A DNA stretch of 64,000 nucleotides from Klebsormidium nitens (Eukaryota; Plantae; Klebsormidiophyceae). The translations under genes were made by a program, and so were the position numbers. Numbering within the stretch: the first letter of the stretch is position 1; the number at the start of each line of letters is the position of its first letter. Shown in pieces: positions 1-12,883 of the stretch. Under the pieces are notes generated by a model. That model saw nothing but the letters and a program-made list of their open reading frames with translations. It had not been told where the DNA came from and ran no database searches. The stretch covers positions 37,019 through 101,018 of the forward strand of contig DF237282.1 in NCBI GenBank assembly GCA_000708835.1, given 5' to 3'.

Positions 1-124
1 TTCTGCAGAGCGCCTAACCCAGCTTGCCTGCCCGCACGACAACCTCCGCTCCACGGGACGGTGTTCCTCACCTTGAAAAGCGGAAGGTCGTCATGCTCAG
101 CGTGTTTCTTTTCTCCCTTGGCAG

Positions 125-3100
125 GACTCATTAGCAGACCTCCTAGCAGAGCGCGGTGCGCCCCTAATCCTCCAAACCCCGTGGTCCCGGCTAACCCGGC
201 TAGCCTGCCCGCGTAACCACCTCCGGTTAATGGACCCCAGCCTGTGCTCGCTGCCAGTAGCGGACGAAATCGACCTCAGCCGGAACAACCTAACCACAGT
301 GGCTAACCTCCATATTTGCGTGCGGTTAACCAAGCTGGACCTGGGGTTCAACTCGATCACGTCGCTAGTGGGGCTGAACAGGGTAAGCCACGTTTTTGCC
401 TACCTGTGTACCTCTCAATCAAGGGAAACCGGCGCCGAGGAGTCACTCCGAATGGATGCGGAAAACAAATATTTAGAGCTTGGTTATGAGGGGATTCGTT
501 GCACGCTTCTGTTCCTAGATCCAGGCGCACTTTGTCTGGAGCATACGGTGTCAAGTTAATAAACGGCACACCATAACGACGATTCAGATGCTTCCGGGAG
601 TCCTTCGACGTGCTCGAAAGTTGATTGATGGCAGAGAAAGTCGAAGTACTGCTGTTTCCGGCGGTTGAGCCTCGTCTTTCGATGCGGCTTTCTTACGATT
701 CAATTCTGAAGTCGCCCGCTTCCCGTCCCTTAAGAGTAGGTGCACGTGTTCAGCTCAGTCTGTGAGCCAACATCCCCTTCGTATTCGTCTGAGAAAGCTG
801 TAGGCCCTCAGATCTTTCGGAAATCGACTTTCTGTCGTCTTCACCTTTCAAGCTCTCTCTTTGACATACAAGCTGAGAGCAATTCCTCGCGGATGTCTAT
901 CTGCTCCCTCGCCAGTAGCTGTGCCCCACAGAGTCACGTTGCGACCCCCGTCGCATTGTCCACAGGTGGTAGGGGCGATTACGCAGCTCATCCTCCGGGG
1001 CAACGGCATCCACTCACTCGCCGGTCTCGAGAAGCTGTACGCTATCGAAGCCCTCGACTTGGCGCACAATGTCATCGGGTCGCTCTCCGAAGTCGCTCGG
1101 CTGGGGCAGTTACCGTCGTTGACCCGGCTGTGGTTAGAGGGGAACCCGATCGAGCTGCGACGGAACTACCGAGCGGAGGTTCTGGGCCTGCTGCAAGACG
1201 GAGAGAAGGTGAAGCCCTGCTGTTGTATCTCCGTCTTCTGCTGGTTCTGGTGGTTTCTACTCGAATTGGGTCATTAGCGAAAACACTGGTGCTTATGACT
1301 TTGGAGACTTCCCCAAAACCCACAGATGGTGTGAGTTCTATTGTTTCCGTTCCGCTTTGTATCTTCTGTCATTTTCTGCTCGTTACTTCTCGGAGTGCTT
1401 CTCCTTCGTGACCCGATAGAGTACCCGACTAGCACCTATCCCGTATTTTGCCGGATGCAGACCCAGTTCTCTTTCGCTTCTCCAAAACATCCAGTGCTCG
1501 GGGCTTTGGCCCACCCGTTTTGAGTCACTGCTCAAGCAGCATCCACAAGCCCGAAGGAAAACTTCTGCTCAAGGACGCTTAGGGGCATACAAAACCACGT
1601 GAATTCGTCGAAGACCTTGTTCGGGGAGACCTTGTTCGCGGGAACCGTTTAAAAGTGTTAGAAGTTTTGGAAAAAGACACACTCGTGATCAGGATATGGC
1701 AATGAAGACACCGTCTTGACCCGTCGGTCACGAGGTTTTCAACTCCTTGGATGCCATCTACAACACAAAAGAAGGCGGCTAGCACCGCACGAAGCTTTTG
1801 TGAAGGTCCCCCGTGTTTTGAAGCTTCGGTCCACTATAATTAAGGTTGGTACAGCAGCAGCAGCGGAGCTCAGATTGAGTATTGCGGCAACCTGCGAACC
1901 AAGCCGGCCTTCCAGACTGCACTGAACACACTTTGGTAGGTCTCCAATGCGAGACGTCGACGACTTCTGGACTTCTGCGGACGAGACCTACGCATTGCGT
2001 GTGCACGTTGGATCGTCTTTCATTGCGAAGTACCTTTCTGTAATGTTTGGAGCCCCATCTTTGTCTTTTCCTCTTTGCTTTCCTTTCCTTTCCGGAAAGT
2101 TGTGCCAGATTCTCGACGTGGCCGTGTGTTTTAGTCCGATCGGTCGTCGTCTTGCTCATAATATTTATCTCATGGTCCGTTGGCAGCTATCAGTGTTTGC
2201 AGTTAGCTGACGTAGCATTGCTAGAATTTCGGAGCGTCAGTACTAAACCTCTTGCCCTCGGCCGGTCAACGGCGACCGGGCTGCGCACCATGTTCAGAAC
2301 GCCTTTGCTTGAACGCCCACCTTGAGTCTACGACGGGACACCACGCTTATTGCGAGGACTTGTCCTTTGTGTAATGAGCAGATCACAAACGCCAAACCTC
2401 GTTTGAGGGATGCTGTCTAATTGCATTTATAAATTTGTCTCTGCTGCACCGAACTGAAAGGGTGAGCAACATTTTCCGAACCTTTCTGACCTTGGTTGCT
2501 CCGTATTTACCGCCGATGCCTTTGTCATAGGGATCTCAAGGGCCACGTTGCCTCCGGTCCGAAACTCAAACACTGCCTTGAAGACGACACTAAAACTTGG
2601 CCGCAGAGTATGGCAGGTTGTACGCATGTGCAGTTGTCGGAGACGCCAGCCTTCAGAGATGTTATCGGGTTCTCGATGACGAACGACGGTAGTGACGAGG
2701 CAAATTTGGCCTCTGATCACAGTGAGCGTCTCAATTGGCTGAAGTTGGCGCCGTTCTGCGGTAACTTGTTCTAGGTTCCAGCACGGTCTGCTTCCTGACG
2801 AGTCCCGTTGCTGTGTCAGTAGTCGGTATCATTGGAAAAAATGGTGAAGAGATTGCAACCACCTTAGTGATAATCAAAGACGTGTGCAACAGTAAGGCGG
2901 GTGGCCATGCAGATTGACGCCAAGTTGGATTTGCCCGTTACGCGGCTGAAACAAGTGATCGTGCTCAAAACCAGGAGCGGACATTGCCATCGTGCTCCCT
3001 ATATCCACATGGGAAGCTCCAGAAACCACTGAAAGGTGACAAGTTTGACTTGAGGGCTGGTTCACGGTGCCTTGAGAAAGGGATTCCTCGTTGCCCTAGT

Positions 3101-6100
3101 ATCAAGCCATTTTTTATGACATACCCGTAGCCGTTCCTTCTTTTTCCATTCTTGAGTGTGTCCTTCGTCTTGGAGTCACCCAAGAATCTTGACAAGGGCA
3201 ATGAAGTGCGACCTTCTGACTGTCTGGGCAGAAAGGAGGAACACGCACGTTCTGACGCCTTTCCGTGGGGCTCAAACGGTATATGCGCTGATCAGTTGGG
3301 AGGCTGCTCTGATCTGGACAGCGCGTCGCTTCGGCCTGACGAAAAGTATGAATGGACTTTCTTGGCCACACCCTCAAAATTTGAGAGCTTCAGCAATTGA
3401 TCCGCGGCCATGATAGAAGAACGCTTCCGACGTTGGTGGGCTCTTTGGTAAAGGAAGCCCAATGTCTCTCGGTTGAGGCCAAGTGAGGAGCAGGTCTGTG
3501 TTGGACTGGGGCAGCTCCGATGCGTCACAAAGGAAAAGACAACCGGTTTCGACAGATTTCTAAATGCCTCATCTTTCATAGTGGAAATCCAGCGAGCCTC
3601 CACACGGTGTGCGGTAACTTTGAAGTGGTATTTGTTAGCAGCGATGTCATTCGGTGACACATGCTTTTTCGGCGAGGGGATGTTGCATACTCACCGCCAT
3701 TTCCTTCCAGGGCGCCGATTTGCCTATGGACGGGAAAGATCGCCCGGTTAAGTTGGTCCGCTTTCGATGCCAGCCTGTTCTACTCCGTTCCCAGCTTTTG
3801 ATTGAGCTCATGATGTTGATTGAAGATCTTGACCCGGGATCATCCTACTGTTGATGCGACCACGATATCCAATGGCTGTAATGATTGTCTGCAAACTATC
3901 GGGGCAATGAAAGGGAGACGTTGACAAAATTGTCACCGATACAGGACGAACGGATGCCCGTCGAAATCTGACTGGCCGCTTTGGAATACTCAAACAAGCT
4001 TCATTCTTGTTGCGAAAGCACCGGTACGTGCTGCTGAGACAGTTCGGTGTGCGATTTGACTTTGCAACAGCTCTCCGTACATCGTCATGGGTATGTCGGA
4101 AGTAACGCACGTCCATCATTGTTAAGCCCCTTGATTGCAATCGTTTCAGACTTCGCGAGCCACCCCCTATCAGGTAGCCCTGCCGACATGTCACATAACG
4201 CGTCGAGGGGGCTTTGCTGCTGGAACTCTATTTCCTTATTTCCGTGTGGCCATTGTCACCAGCCCTCTTGTAGCCCTGCGTGTCTGGACAGTCTGCACTT
4301 TGGGCTCATTCTTGTACAGCCCGTCGGTTTTCGTATGTTGGCAAAAGTTTACTCCATGTTGACCTGACACCGTCTCACTTCCTTACGACAGGACAACGCC
4401 CCCTTAATTTCTTTGGTAGAGGCATCTAGACATGGTGTCGTTTTCCTTGCGCGTCTAGTGATATCCTTATATTTTGGCCTTCTCCCGATTGCTTACGTAT
4501 CAGCTGAGGTCGAAATTTTGCTCACGCAATCATGGTTTGCCTTTTGTGCGAGCAGACAATCTACACGAGCACAATAAAACGACGGCAAAAGAAATGAGCT
4601 TTTTCATTTGTCAGGCGTGGACTCGGGCACCCTTAGTCGTGGGAAATTCAAAGCATTTGCTAGCTTACTCGGCCGCTTGCTAATTGTTCCAGGCTTGTGG
4701 CTTGTTTTTCCAAGCCATGAGGAGTGATTCTCTGTGTTGCCGGACCAAGTACCGCAATATAAGAGCCACGAGATGCGACGCTGTGTAAATTCAGTTTCGA
4801 GGACATGACGTCAGTCTGACGTGAAGTCTGTTATGTGTATAGAAACGTAATGTATGGACACGTTGAGCCCGCGTCATGTTTTTGATATGGCCGAACAAGC
4901 GTCCTCTGTCTAATTTCGAAGGAGACGACGACAATCAGAAGAAAGACTCGCAAGCTAGCCAAGCCAGTCTCTCTAGGGGGGCCGTTTGTTGATGTTGGTT
5001 GTGAATCTGTTACCTGTGTTTTGCCAAAGTGGTCGATTTGGTACCCAACCTACGACTTGAATTCATTTTCTCACTGGATTTGAGGCAAATTGCTATCTTA
5101 AGCAGCTAATTAGAAGCTTTCCTTCTCAGCATTGGGTTTGCTTTCGGCGGCAAATCGTAAGCTGTGGTCGCATTGAGCGGAGTCAGCATAAGAAACGGGC
5201 TTTTTGCTGCAAAACTTTTCACCGAATAGATTTGACGCTCTAGCGTACAGAATCCTTTCCAAAATGGCAGTGTGTCACGCTTCTGTTGCTTGGATTGTTG
5301 TTCTGACTCCAGAAAACGTATCCGCTTTTGTGGTCTATATCAGCGCTCTTCAGATCTGACTTGTCGTGCCTCGCAAGCCTCCTGTCGTGCAGACTTTCAT
5401 GGAGGCTTCAAGCCCAGCCACACTTTCAGTGCCCTCCTGTCCTTTCTCACCAAGAGCCACGCTGTTATCCAATACGCGTGTGCTTGCTTTATCGCCGCAT
5501 ACGTGGCGTATAGATCCTCACAAAGCTTTCGCTCATGCCTGACTCTGATGCATCGTCAGGAAACCGCTTGCTGATGTCTCTTTCCTGTTTTCTAAGTGAG
5601 GACGGCGGCAATGAAGAATGCTGATGACCATAAGGTCAGTCTGCTGCAGTCGATTGTCGGATGCCGTCTGATCGGTGTTCCCCGTCCTCTTGGGGGCCCA
5701 TCTGATTCAAGGACCTGCGGAGCAGAAAAGTTCCGAATCGTCGAAAGGCCGAACGAAGTAGTGGCCTTTTATGGTGCGTCGAGAAAATTGCGTCTTTCTT
5801 GACCCCGGTGCTACGTGACGACTAGTTGAGCTTTCTAAGAGTCACACTTGCCACTCGTTCACAGAGGTTTCTTTGATGGTCCTTTTGAAACGACCGCCCT
5901 TGATGGACATCTGCAAGGCGATGCAAGCTGCCATTAGAGTTGGCGCACATACTCCATGCTTCTGCGTTGTGTTGCACGGAATTCCATATCTCTGCCCTGG
6001 GCTATTTTGATGAAAACCGCGCACCTAAAATGGTCCGCAGAATACGAGTGCTGGGCTCAGCGCGGCGTTTCTGCTGGCGCGCCAAACTCTCAATAGGGGG

Positions 6101-9100
6101 AAGAATTCCTGATTCTTTTGCTGGATTGGCGGTCAAGCGTGCCTGCGAGTTGTGAAGCGACGGCCGTGATTCCATCTCTGACTGGTTCAGGCTCTGATTC
6201 GAATTTGAGGCCGTCTTATGATCGTCCTTTTTCGATTCGAGGGCATCTCCTTTGAAAAGTACCACGGGTCGTCTAAGAGTGTGCAGATAACGAGTGGTAG
6301 GTGTTTGTCTGGCGCTGCTCTCTTCTCACCTAAAGGTGGAGGGAAGGGGACTTTAACACCCCCGTCTTTTGACGCAATCGCAATCAAGCTGAAAGATGGA
6401 CGCAAGCCAACACGTATCTGCTGTTTTATTGCAAACGAGAAGCTTCCCCTATACTGCCTTCAAAGTCTCCTGTTAGCCAGAATAGCGCAGGATACCGCAC
6501 AACCTCTTGACTGCTTTCTGTCAGGGCCTTACTCCTTTAACCAGCATCTCAACGAAGGTTTTGCTATTGGGCCGTTCAAGCGTGGTCCGACGTTACTCAG
6601 ACGCTGCACGAGATACGAATCCGCATCGTTCCGCCAGCGTGACGACTTGATGTCTAGCCTAAAAAATCAGCGCGCCAGGCCGATCACAGCACTTTTGGCA
6701 TACGCCACTGTTTGCTCCTGTTTCAACCTGACTTGCGTCCCAAAGTTTCGATTCGAAGCGAAGGCTGGATGGAATGATGCAGTGAACAAATGTAGGACAT
6801 CCGAGGGAACGGTCTGAATCGTTCTGATAAGTTGAGACCGAGGGCAAGGATGAGCCTTTCTGAGTTCCGCTCAGTGGTCGGTGCGACTTCTCTGATGCCA
6901 ATTGTTCTTCAGAGTTTGTCTAATCTTAATTTAGTCGCGAGCCGAGTCGGCTGGGAAAAAGCGGGAACAATGCCGAGGATGAGATCTGCACGTCTTTCTC
7001 CTGAACGTCTTTCATATCTCACTTTTTCCAGCACGGTATTCTCCATGTCGCTTGCATTTACTGCCAAGTAGTCAAAGCGGACACCTTCTGAACTCGATTT
7101 CAACGCCTTGCGTGCGCCTTGTGAACACGTCACTCGTTTCTTAAACCAACAGATCCGTAATTACGCTCGCCCTTTTTCAAGTGCTTGCTGTCCGAGGCTT
7201 GCATCAATGGAAAGCTTTCTGGCATTGAAGAACCAACTCTGACCTGCGGGTCAATGGACTGGAAGTTTGGGCTGACGCCATATAAAAGCCATCCTGATAT
7301 CAATTATCTTTCTTGAACGAGATTGTTCGCTAGCATAGGGACGACAGTTCTGCGAGCTGGTCAAACGCAGTGCGTCCGGCAGACGTCACCACTGCTATTC
7401 TGATCGCATCATAGCGCAAGGTTTGAAGCGTCTTGTGCGTTATCATCAACCGACGCAGTAATGATGTATTTGAAGTCCAAGAGGATTCTCTTGCCAGTCG
7501 GCCTGTATGGCCTGTATGCTGGAAATTGTCCACAAGCGATGGCAACGACGAACTTTTCTGAGCTGATGTTCATTGTTCCAATAATTCTGACGCCGCCATG
7601 TCAACCTTAGCTTGTTGGTTTTAAGTTCGTAGAAAGTGGATTCGGCCGAGTTAATCGTGAGGAACGCCGCTCCGCAAGAGTTTGGCTGCTTGCGAGGTTT
7701 CGAAGGCTTTGTCGTGCGTAGCTCGTCGGCGGACTGGCGAGATCAGGTTTCAGCGATCAGCAAATCTGAAACTTCAAGTTTATGCTTCTCGTTACTGGCC
7801 TCTAATTGGAGCTTTTAGGATTTTTCAGTGCCCTCGCAAGTGCCCACACTTGCGGATGGTTTACTTCGAATTCCCAGACCGCATAACTTTCGCCTGCTCT
7901 TGCCTGTGGCGATCACGCTGCTTAGAGCTTGACCGAAAGCGGTCACCGTTCATTTGTGCTTGTCCCGACTGCCGTTTTGTCGAGCCCTTTCGGCCGAGTC
8001 CTTGCCGCGTTGTGCCACTATACAAAGACACCAAAGCAACAGTGCAAAAAGCAGGGCAGAATTCCTTGTCCGATCAGAGCCGAGGCTAAATCGGGCTTTG
8101 CAGTCTACCTCTTTCTAACGCTGTAAGAACACGTTTCCTCCAAAACGGCATCTTCCGCTGAACCATCTCTTTCTTTTGTACCGTGTCTGCAAAGATTTAG
8201 CTGCCCGCTATGGGGACGACGCCTTGCCTTGGCACCCAAGAGCCTTTCTTCCTTCGATTCTTCTTTTTCTCGCCGATTTGAAAAGACCCGCGCCGTAAAC
8301 TGCGAAGGTTCTCATGTCGCCGGGAGCATAAACAACCGTCCTCTGAATGACACGTTTCTCCCTTTGCAGGTGAAGCTGGACGGCCGGCACAGCTCCACCT
8401 TCGAGCGTTTCGCGATCCGCACTCAGCAGAGGCGCAACGCTCGCGCGCCCCGCTTTCCGGAGCCTGTGTACCCGTCTGGAGCTTACGTGGCGGCCGTAGA
8501 GAGCGCCACGTCAGAGGGCAAGGAAGCGCATCCACATGTACATAAGGTGAGGGCAGTAGTCACAATTGCATCTGTTCCGCTTGTTTGCCGGTCTTGGACT
8601 TGAGGAAAGCAGGGGCTTATCAATGTGTGACTGCATGGTCCTTCATAGGGGCCAGCCATTCTGGGGATCTGGAGATTTATTCGCATCGCTTCTGGGGCCA
8701 TAATATGTCACACCATAAAAAGGTTGTTTCTTTGAGGCGGCAAGATTCGATCAATGGCATAGCACGGGTGTGCTTTCGAAGAGCACCCGGAATGTGTCGA
8801 GAGCTTAGAAAGCAGATTGATTTGTTCGGTTTGAACCTGGCAAGAATGTTCAAAGGGGGCATGCCGTGTCATACCAGCTTCGCCCTCGCCGTTTATAGGC
8901 TGGTACCATCAACCAGAATTGAACGGAAGCCTTGTTTGAAGCCTTGTGGTTCTGCTCCTTCAAAGTGAGCTGTCTGCTGAAAGGTAGTCTTTGACGGTTT
9001 CCAAGAAACATTTGCCTTGACCTCTGCACTTACGTTCATGGGTCTGGTTCGAGTCCAGTAGAATTGCGGAGCCCGACACCATTAGGAACAAAGTCGTCGT

Positions 9101-11224
9101 ACTCTATAAAGATCGCACCCAAAACCATGCCTTTCACGGCACTGTTTCAGGCACCCTGACTCGACGCGATGGCGCATCACTTTTCTCGTCGATGTCTTTC
9201 GAATCACGCTGCTCTTTCGCATTATCGGAACCAAGCCCAGCCAAGTCGTAAAGCCCGACGAAGAGCCAAGAACCCCTGTCAGAACCAAAAGACCAGCAGA
9301 ACCTGAGATGGATCAAACGATTGAATCTTGGTGAAGTCTGCGCCTCCTCGTAATCCAAACCCAGTGCTCTTTCGTAGACAACCGCAGATCTGGCCTACCC
9401 GTAAAGCCAACCCAGAGAACGTTGAAGATGCTCTGGACGAAGAACCACGAACCCGTCCCATACTTCGACAAGGTTGAAGTTTTACCACCCATATGACTCG
9501 GCGCAAACCCTGTCTTTGTACTTTTCATTCGAGCGCTCGCTTGTCGATTGCCGCAGATCGTTGAACAAGCTCCCGACAAAGACCCGACGACTCCTCTCAA
9601 AATCCCGTAAGACTCAAGAAGGATGATTTGTGCCGCAAGAACTTTCTGGCGGAAGCTAGTTCTGGTGTTTTTCTGTTCTAAACTCTCGCTCGTGGCATCG
9701 CAGATCAGACCCACCCGCATCGCCGAGCCGGAGATCGTGGATGAAGCTCCTGACGAAGACTCGCGAACCCCTCCCAAGACCGCGTGTATAATGGAGCACC
9801 CGGAAGAAGACCCCGAGCGCATGTTTAGCGTCCGGGCGTTGAAGCACAGCCCTCCGACACGTGTCAGAAGCCCATTGGCCGAAGAGGCGTCCCCCCCAGA
9901 AGCGACCACTTCTTCAGCGGAAGAAGAGCTCGCAGGCGACCCGCGCTTTGTCGAGAGTGTGAATAGGCCCCCGTTGCTGTTTAAAAGCCCAGGTTCCGGA
10001 ATCGTGGAGGGTTTTCACACCCCGGTTTGGACCGCGGAAGAGGGGCCGAGCGGTGGGAGTACTCCGCGGAGTGTGAATAGGCTGCCGTCGCCTGTGGCGG
10101 ATGCGACGCCGGGCAGAGAAGGTGCGGAAGAATTTCACATCGCGATGTCAGTCTCAGAAGATGAGTCCAGCAGCAGTACTACGGTGGCGAGTGTGAATAC
10201 GCCCCCCTCGTCTGGGGCGGAGTACGAGGCCCCTAGTCCGAACGAGGGTGAGGGTATTCACACACCAAGCGTTTTAGGGGCAGAGCAGTTGAACTGGAAG
10301 ACTGCAAACGGGAACGTAAATGAGGTCCAGATCGGGGCGGCTTCCATCTCTGAGGGCACACATAAGCGGGATCCCTTCGGGTTGGGTGTAGACGGAACGG
10401 GGCCAAAGTTGGGCTCGTCAGAGAATCATGAGGAGCGCTTAACGACTGCGGCGGGAAGGGCAAAGGATTTGCACGGAGACCCGAGATCCGGTCTGATTCA
10501 GAAAGGAGGGTACGAAAGAGGGGGGCTTGACAGAACCGGTCAGAAGCGTGGTGCGGAAAGATCGGCTCTTCGGCTGGAAGAGCCTTCGCACGCCGGGACG
10601 GCAGTCATAAACGAAAAGATTCCGGTCAAGCAGGAGGAGAGGGGTCGGAAGGATTGGGTATCCGGTGGCAGGGAAAGCGAACCCCCCCTGCGAACGAAAA
10701 AGAGGCCGGGGATAGGGAACGGAAGCAGTGGAACGGAAGAGTGGTGTCGGTCGGGGTCGGAATTGCCCGGTGTTTGTCAAAGAGGAGGCCTTCGCCATCT
10801 AATCGTAAGAACCGCAGTGGAAACGGACACGGAAGAGAGTCAGAAGTGTTTGGAGACGCCTACGCCCTCAGAGGAAGAGATCGACGTCGTAGAAAGAAAC
10901 GCGCTCAAGGCAAAGAATGAAGGGGCAGCGGAAGGAGGGAGTTTAGGAAGCTTAGATTGTGCAGGTGACCGGGATCCGGCACTAGCATCAGGATTACTAC
11001 TTACAGAATCTGCGGTTAAGGAGCAGCCAAAATCGCTCGAGTCGCCCGACACGGAGAGCCTTCTATCAGCTAGTGGTTCAGGTTCGGATCTACTAATAGG
11101 AACCCGCACTCAGGAAGCTTCTGATGGCGATTTGAAGTCAATCGAAAATAGTATCATATCGTCAAAGCCCAGCAAACAGGCAAAAAGGAGGAGCAAAGCA
11201 CGCGTCGTAAATCTTGACGCCTAG
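125..11224 (+). CDS. Leucine-rich-repeat protein, STK11-interacting-protein (STK11IP)-like plant family; multi-exon, 5' end outside the window
   Basis: Exons 125-382 (DSLADLLAERG...WSRLTRLACPRNHLRLMDPSLCSLPVADEIDLSRNNLTTVANL...KLDLGFNSI), 966-1208 (QLILRGNGIHSLAGLEKLYAIEALDLAHNVI...LWLEGNPIELRRNYRAEVL) and 8370-8546 (VKLDGRHSSTFERF...) have GT/AG boundaries in matching phase 0. They carry SDS22-type LRRs and an LRR-cap (GNP...YR..V) followed by KLDG, as I recall from plant homologues. A phase-0 acceptor at 9703 opens a long S/E/G/P-rich exon, 9704-11224. The last join is inferred from phase only. Confidence 0.75.
9228..9800 (+). repeat. Decayed tandem copies of the 5' end of exon 9704 (motif QIxPTR..xPExVxxAxDExxRTP)
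   Basis: 9388: cag|atc tgg cct acc cgt (IWPTRKANPENVEDALDEEPRT). 9557: cag|atc gtt gaa (IVEQAPDKDPTTP). ~9228: KPSQVVKPDEEPRTP. Intact copy at 9704: cag|atc aga ccc acc cgc (IRPTRIAEPEIVDEAPDEDSRTP). Confidence 0.7.
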
Positions 11225-11405
11225 ATTAGAGACCGTACAGGACTGGAACGCGGCCCTAACAAGCAGATTATCATATGCATCACTGAGTCAACTTTGCGCC
11301 ACATCGAGTGGCCCGGCCCACACAAACCATGATCTAAACATTGTTCTCTTTGCTGTATTATAGTATATCACATCATGCATCGCATCTCACTTTGCAAGAT
11401 CATTA

Positions 11406-11750
11406 TGGTGAGGTCATTTTGACCTATGTCCAGTTTGCAGAGGGTGGGGGTTGGGGGCTTGCCACGGACTGGGCAGCGGGAGGGGGGGTTCTTGGGGCTT
11501 TGGCCGGCCGTGGTCGAGCCGCAGGCTCGATCGAAATATTGTGCAATAATCAGCTAAAAAGGGGATTTTCAGGGCCCGGCAAAATTTTTGCGAAATATAA
11601 ACATTTATGTAGCCGAAGGGGGCGGGGGGCCGCTCCGCTTATCCTGAGCTTGAGGCTGGCAAGGGAGGGGGGGGGGGGCTTCAGTGGCCGTTTGGGTCCC
11701 AATGGGCTCTGGACTGAACATAGGGGGTTCACTTCAAAATGACCTTACCC
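11406..11750. mobile_element. Non-autonomous TIR element (PIF/Harbinger, Tourist-like MITE), 345 bp
   Basis: Left end tggtgaggtcattttga and right end tcaaaatgaccttaccc are imperfect inverted repeats. A second inverted pair is cctatgtccagt / actgaacatagg. TTA flanks both sides (11403-05, 11751-53), the TSD typical of PIF/Harbinger. Confidence 0.75.
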
Positions 11751-12883
11751 TTATGTACTGGGTTCGTGTATTCCATCATGCATAGGCCCGCCGGCCGGCT
11801 AGGTTCTCGCTAGCGCGCGTGTGTTAACTGTGCATGGCAATGCACGCGCCCCGCGCAGCTCCCAGTGACATGGCGGAAGCAGCTACTACAACGCTGTCGA
11901 CCGGGGCTTCTGTATATGCACGGCATGCATCAAAACCATGTGCAGAATTGTATCGAATGCACGCGACGCTGTTCCGCGCGCGGTGCATATGGGGCCTGGA
12001 AATCGCGTACGTCATGATTGTACGTACGCGGTACTTCCACCTTTGCGCGCGGGTCTGGAACACATCTAATGTATATTAGTACGTGACTGCATGAGTGAAC
12101 TTGGAAGGACTTCATTCATCGATCGCAATTGGTAGTCAACTTATTGACAGGATATGAATCATGCGCTCCTTCTGTATAGTCGGTTGAAATTTATGTTAGG
12201 TAATGATAAAGATCTGGCTGCATGTTGAACCGTCCGTCAGTGTAGCAATTAGATTTGCATAACATGGAGACTTAGAGTGTACTGTACATGCTCAAGTCAT
12301 GGTACGTGTGACGAATAGCTAGATTACGTGAATTTTGTAGAAGAATCAAAGACGCAACCGGACCGTCAGAAAGGCCAACGGTCAAGTGTAGTAGCTGACG
12401 AGCTTTCAATGAATGATCGTCTTTAGAATCAGAAGTAAATGTGCTAAAGCGCCATCTATCTCCTTTCATGTTCTGGATACGGAGCTTAAGGGCTCATCAA
12501 CGAGTTCGGCAACCTTGCACAGCCTGAGCTCTCAAAGCGATTGTTGTCCTGAGAGTTCATGGAGGCATCAAAAGGATTTGCAAGATATATTACTGAGATG
12601 AACCGAGACGGCACTGTTTCTGACTCATCAACAATTCTCAAGCTGTCCTTGCTGTTTGTTTCGCTAGTCGAACCTTGTCGACCGACTCCTGGGACTTAGT
12701 GTAACACAAAATCGACACGTGGCTGTCTCTTAAGTGTCGGTCGACCCTTAGAAGGTCCCTCCCCAGGATCCAACTCTGCATTACCACAACCCCGCTCCTG
12801 CAGCTTCCTGGAAAAACCCTTGCCGTAACCACCTGTTGACCCTGTCAAATCCCACTCCGTAAACCCGCCGAAACCCTCGCCGT

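Noticed and set aside
6218-6817. 199-aa ORF inside the large intron
   Set aside because: No recognisable motif, no codon bias and no convincing splice context.
9151-9330. Possible extra exon RHPDSTRW…EPEMDQ in the LRR gene
   Set aside because: Joining it to the next acceptor creates a TGA or breaks phase; treated as part of the decayed repeat.
9313-9909. Antisense ORFs opposite the long exon, DIRS ORFs and RLK exons
   Set aside because: Shadow ORFs of GC-rich coding sequence on the other strand.
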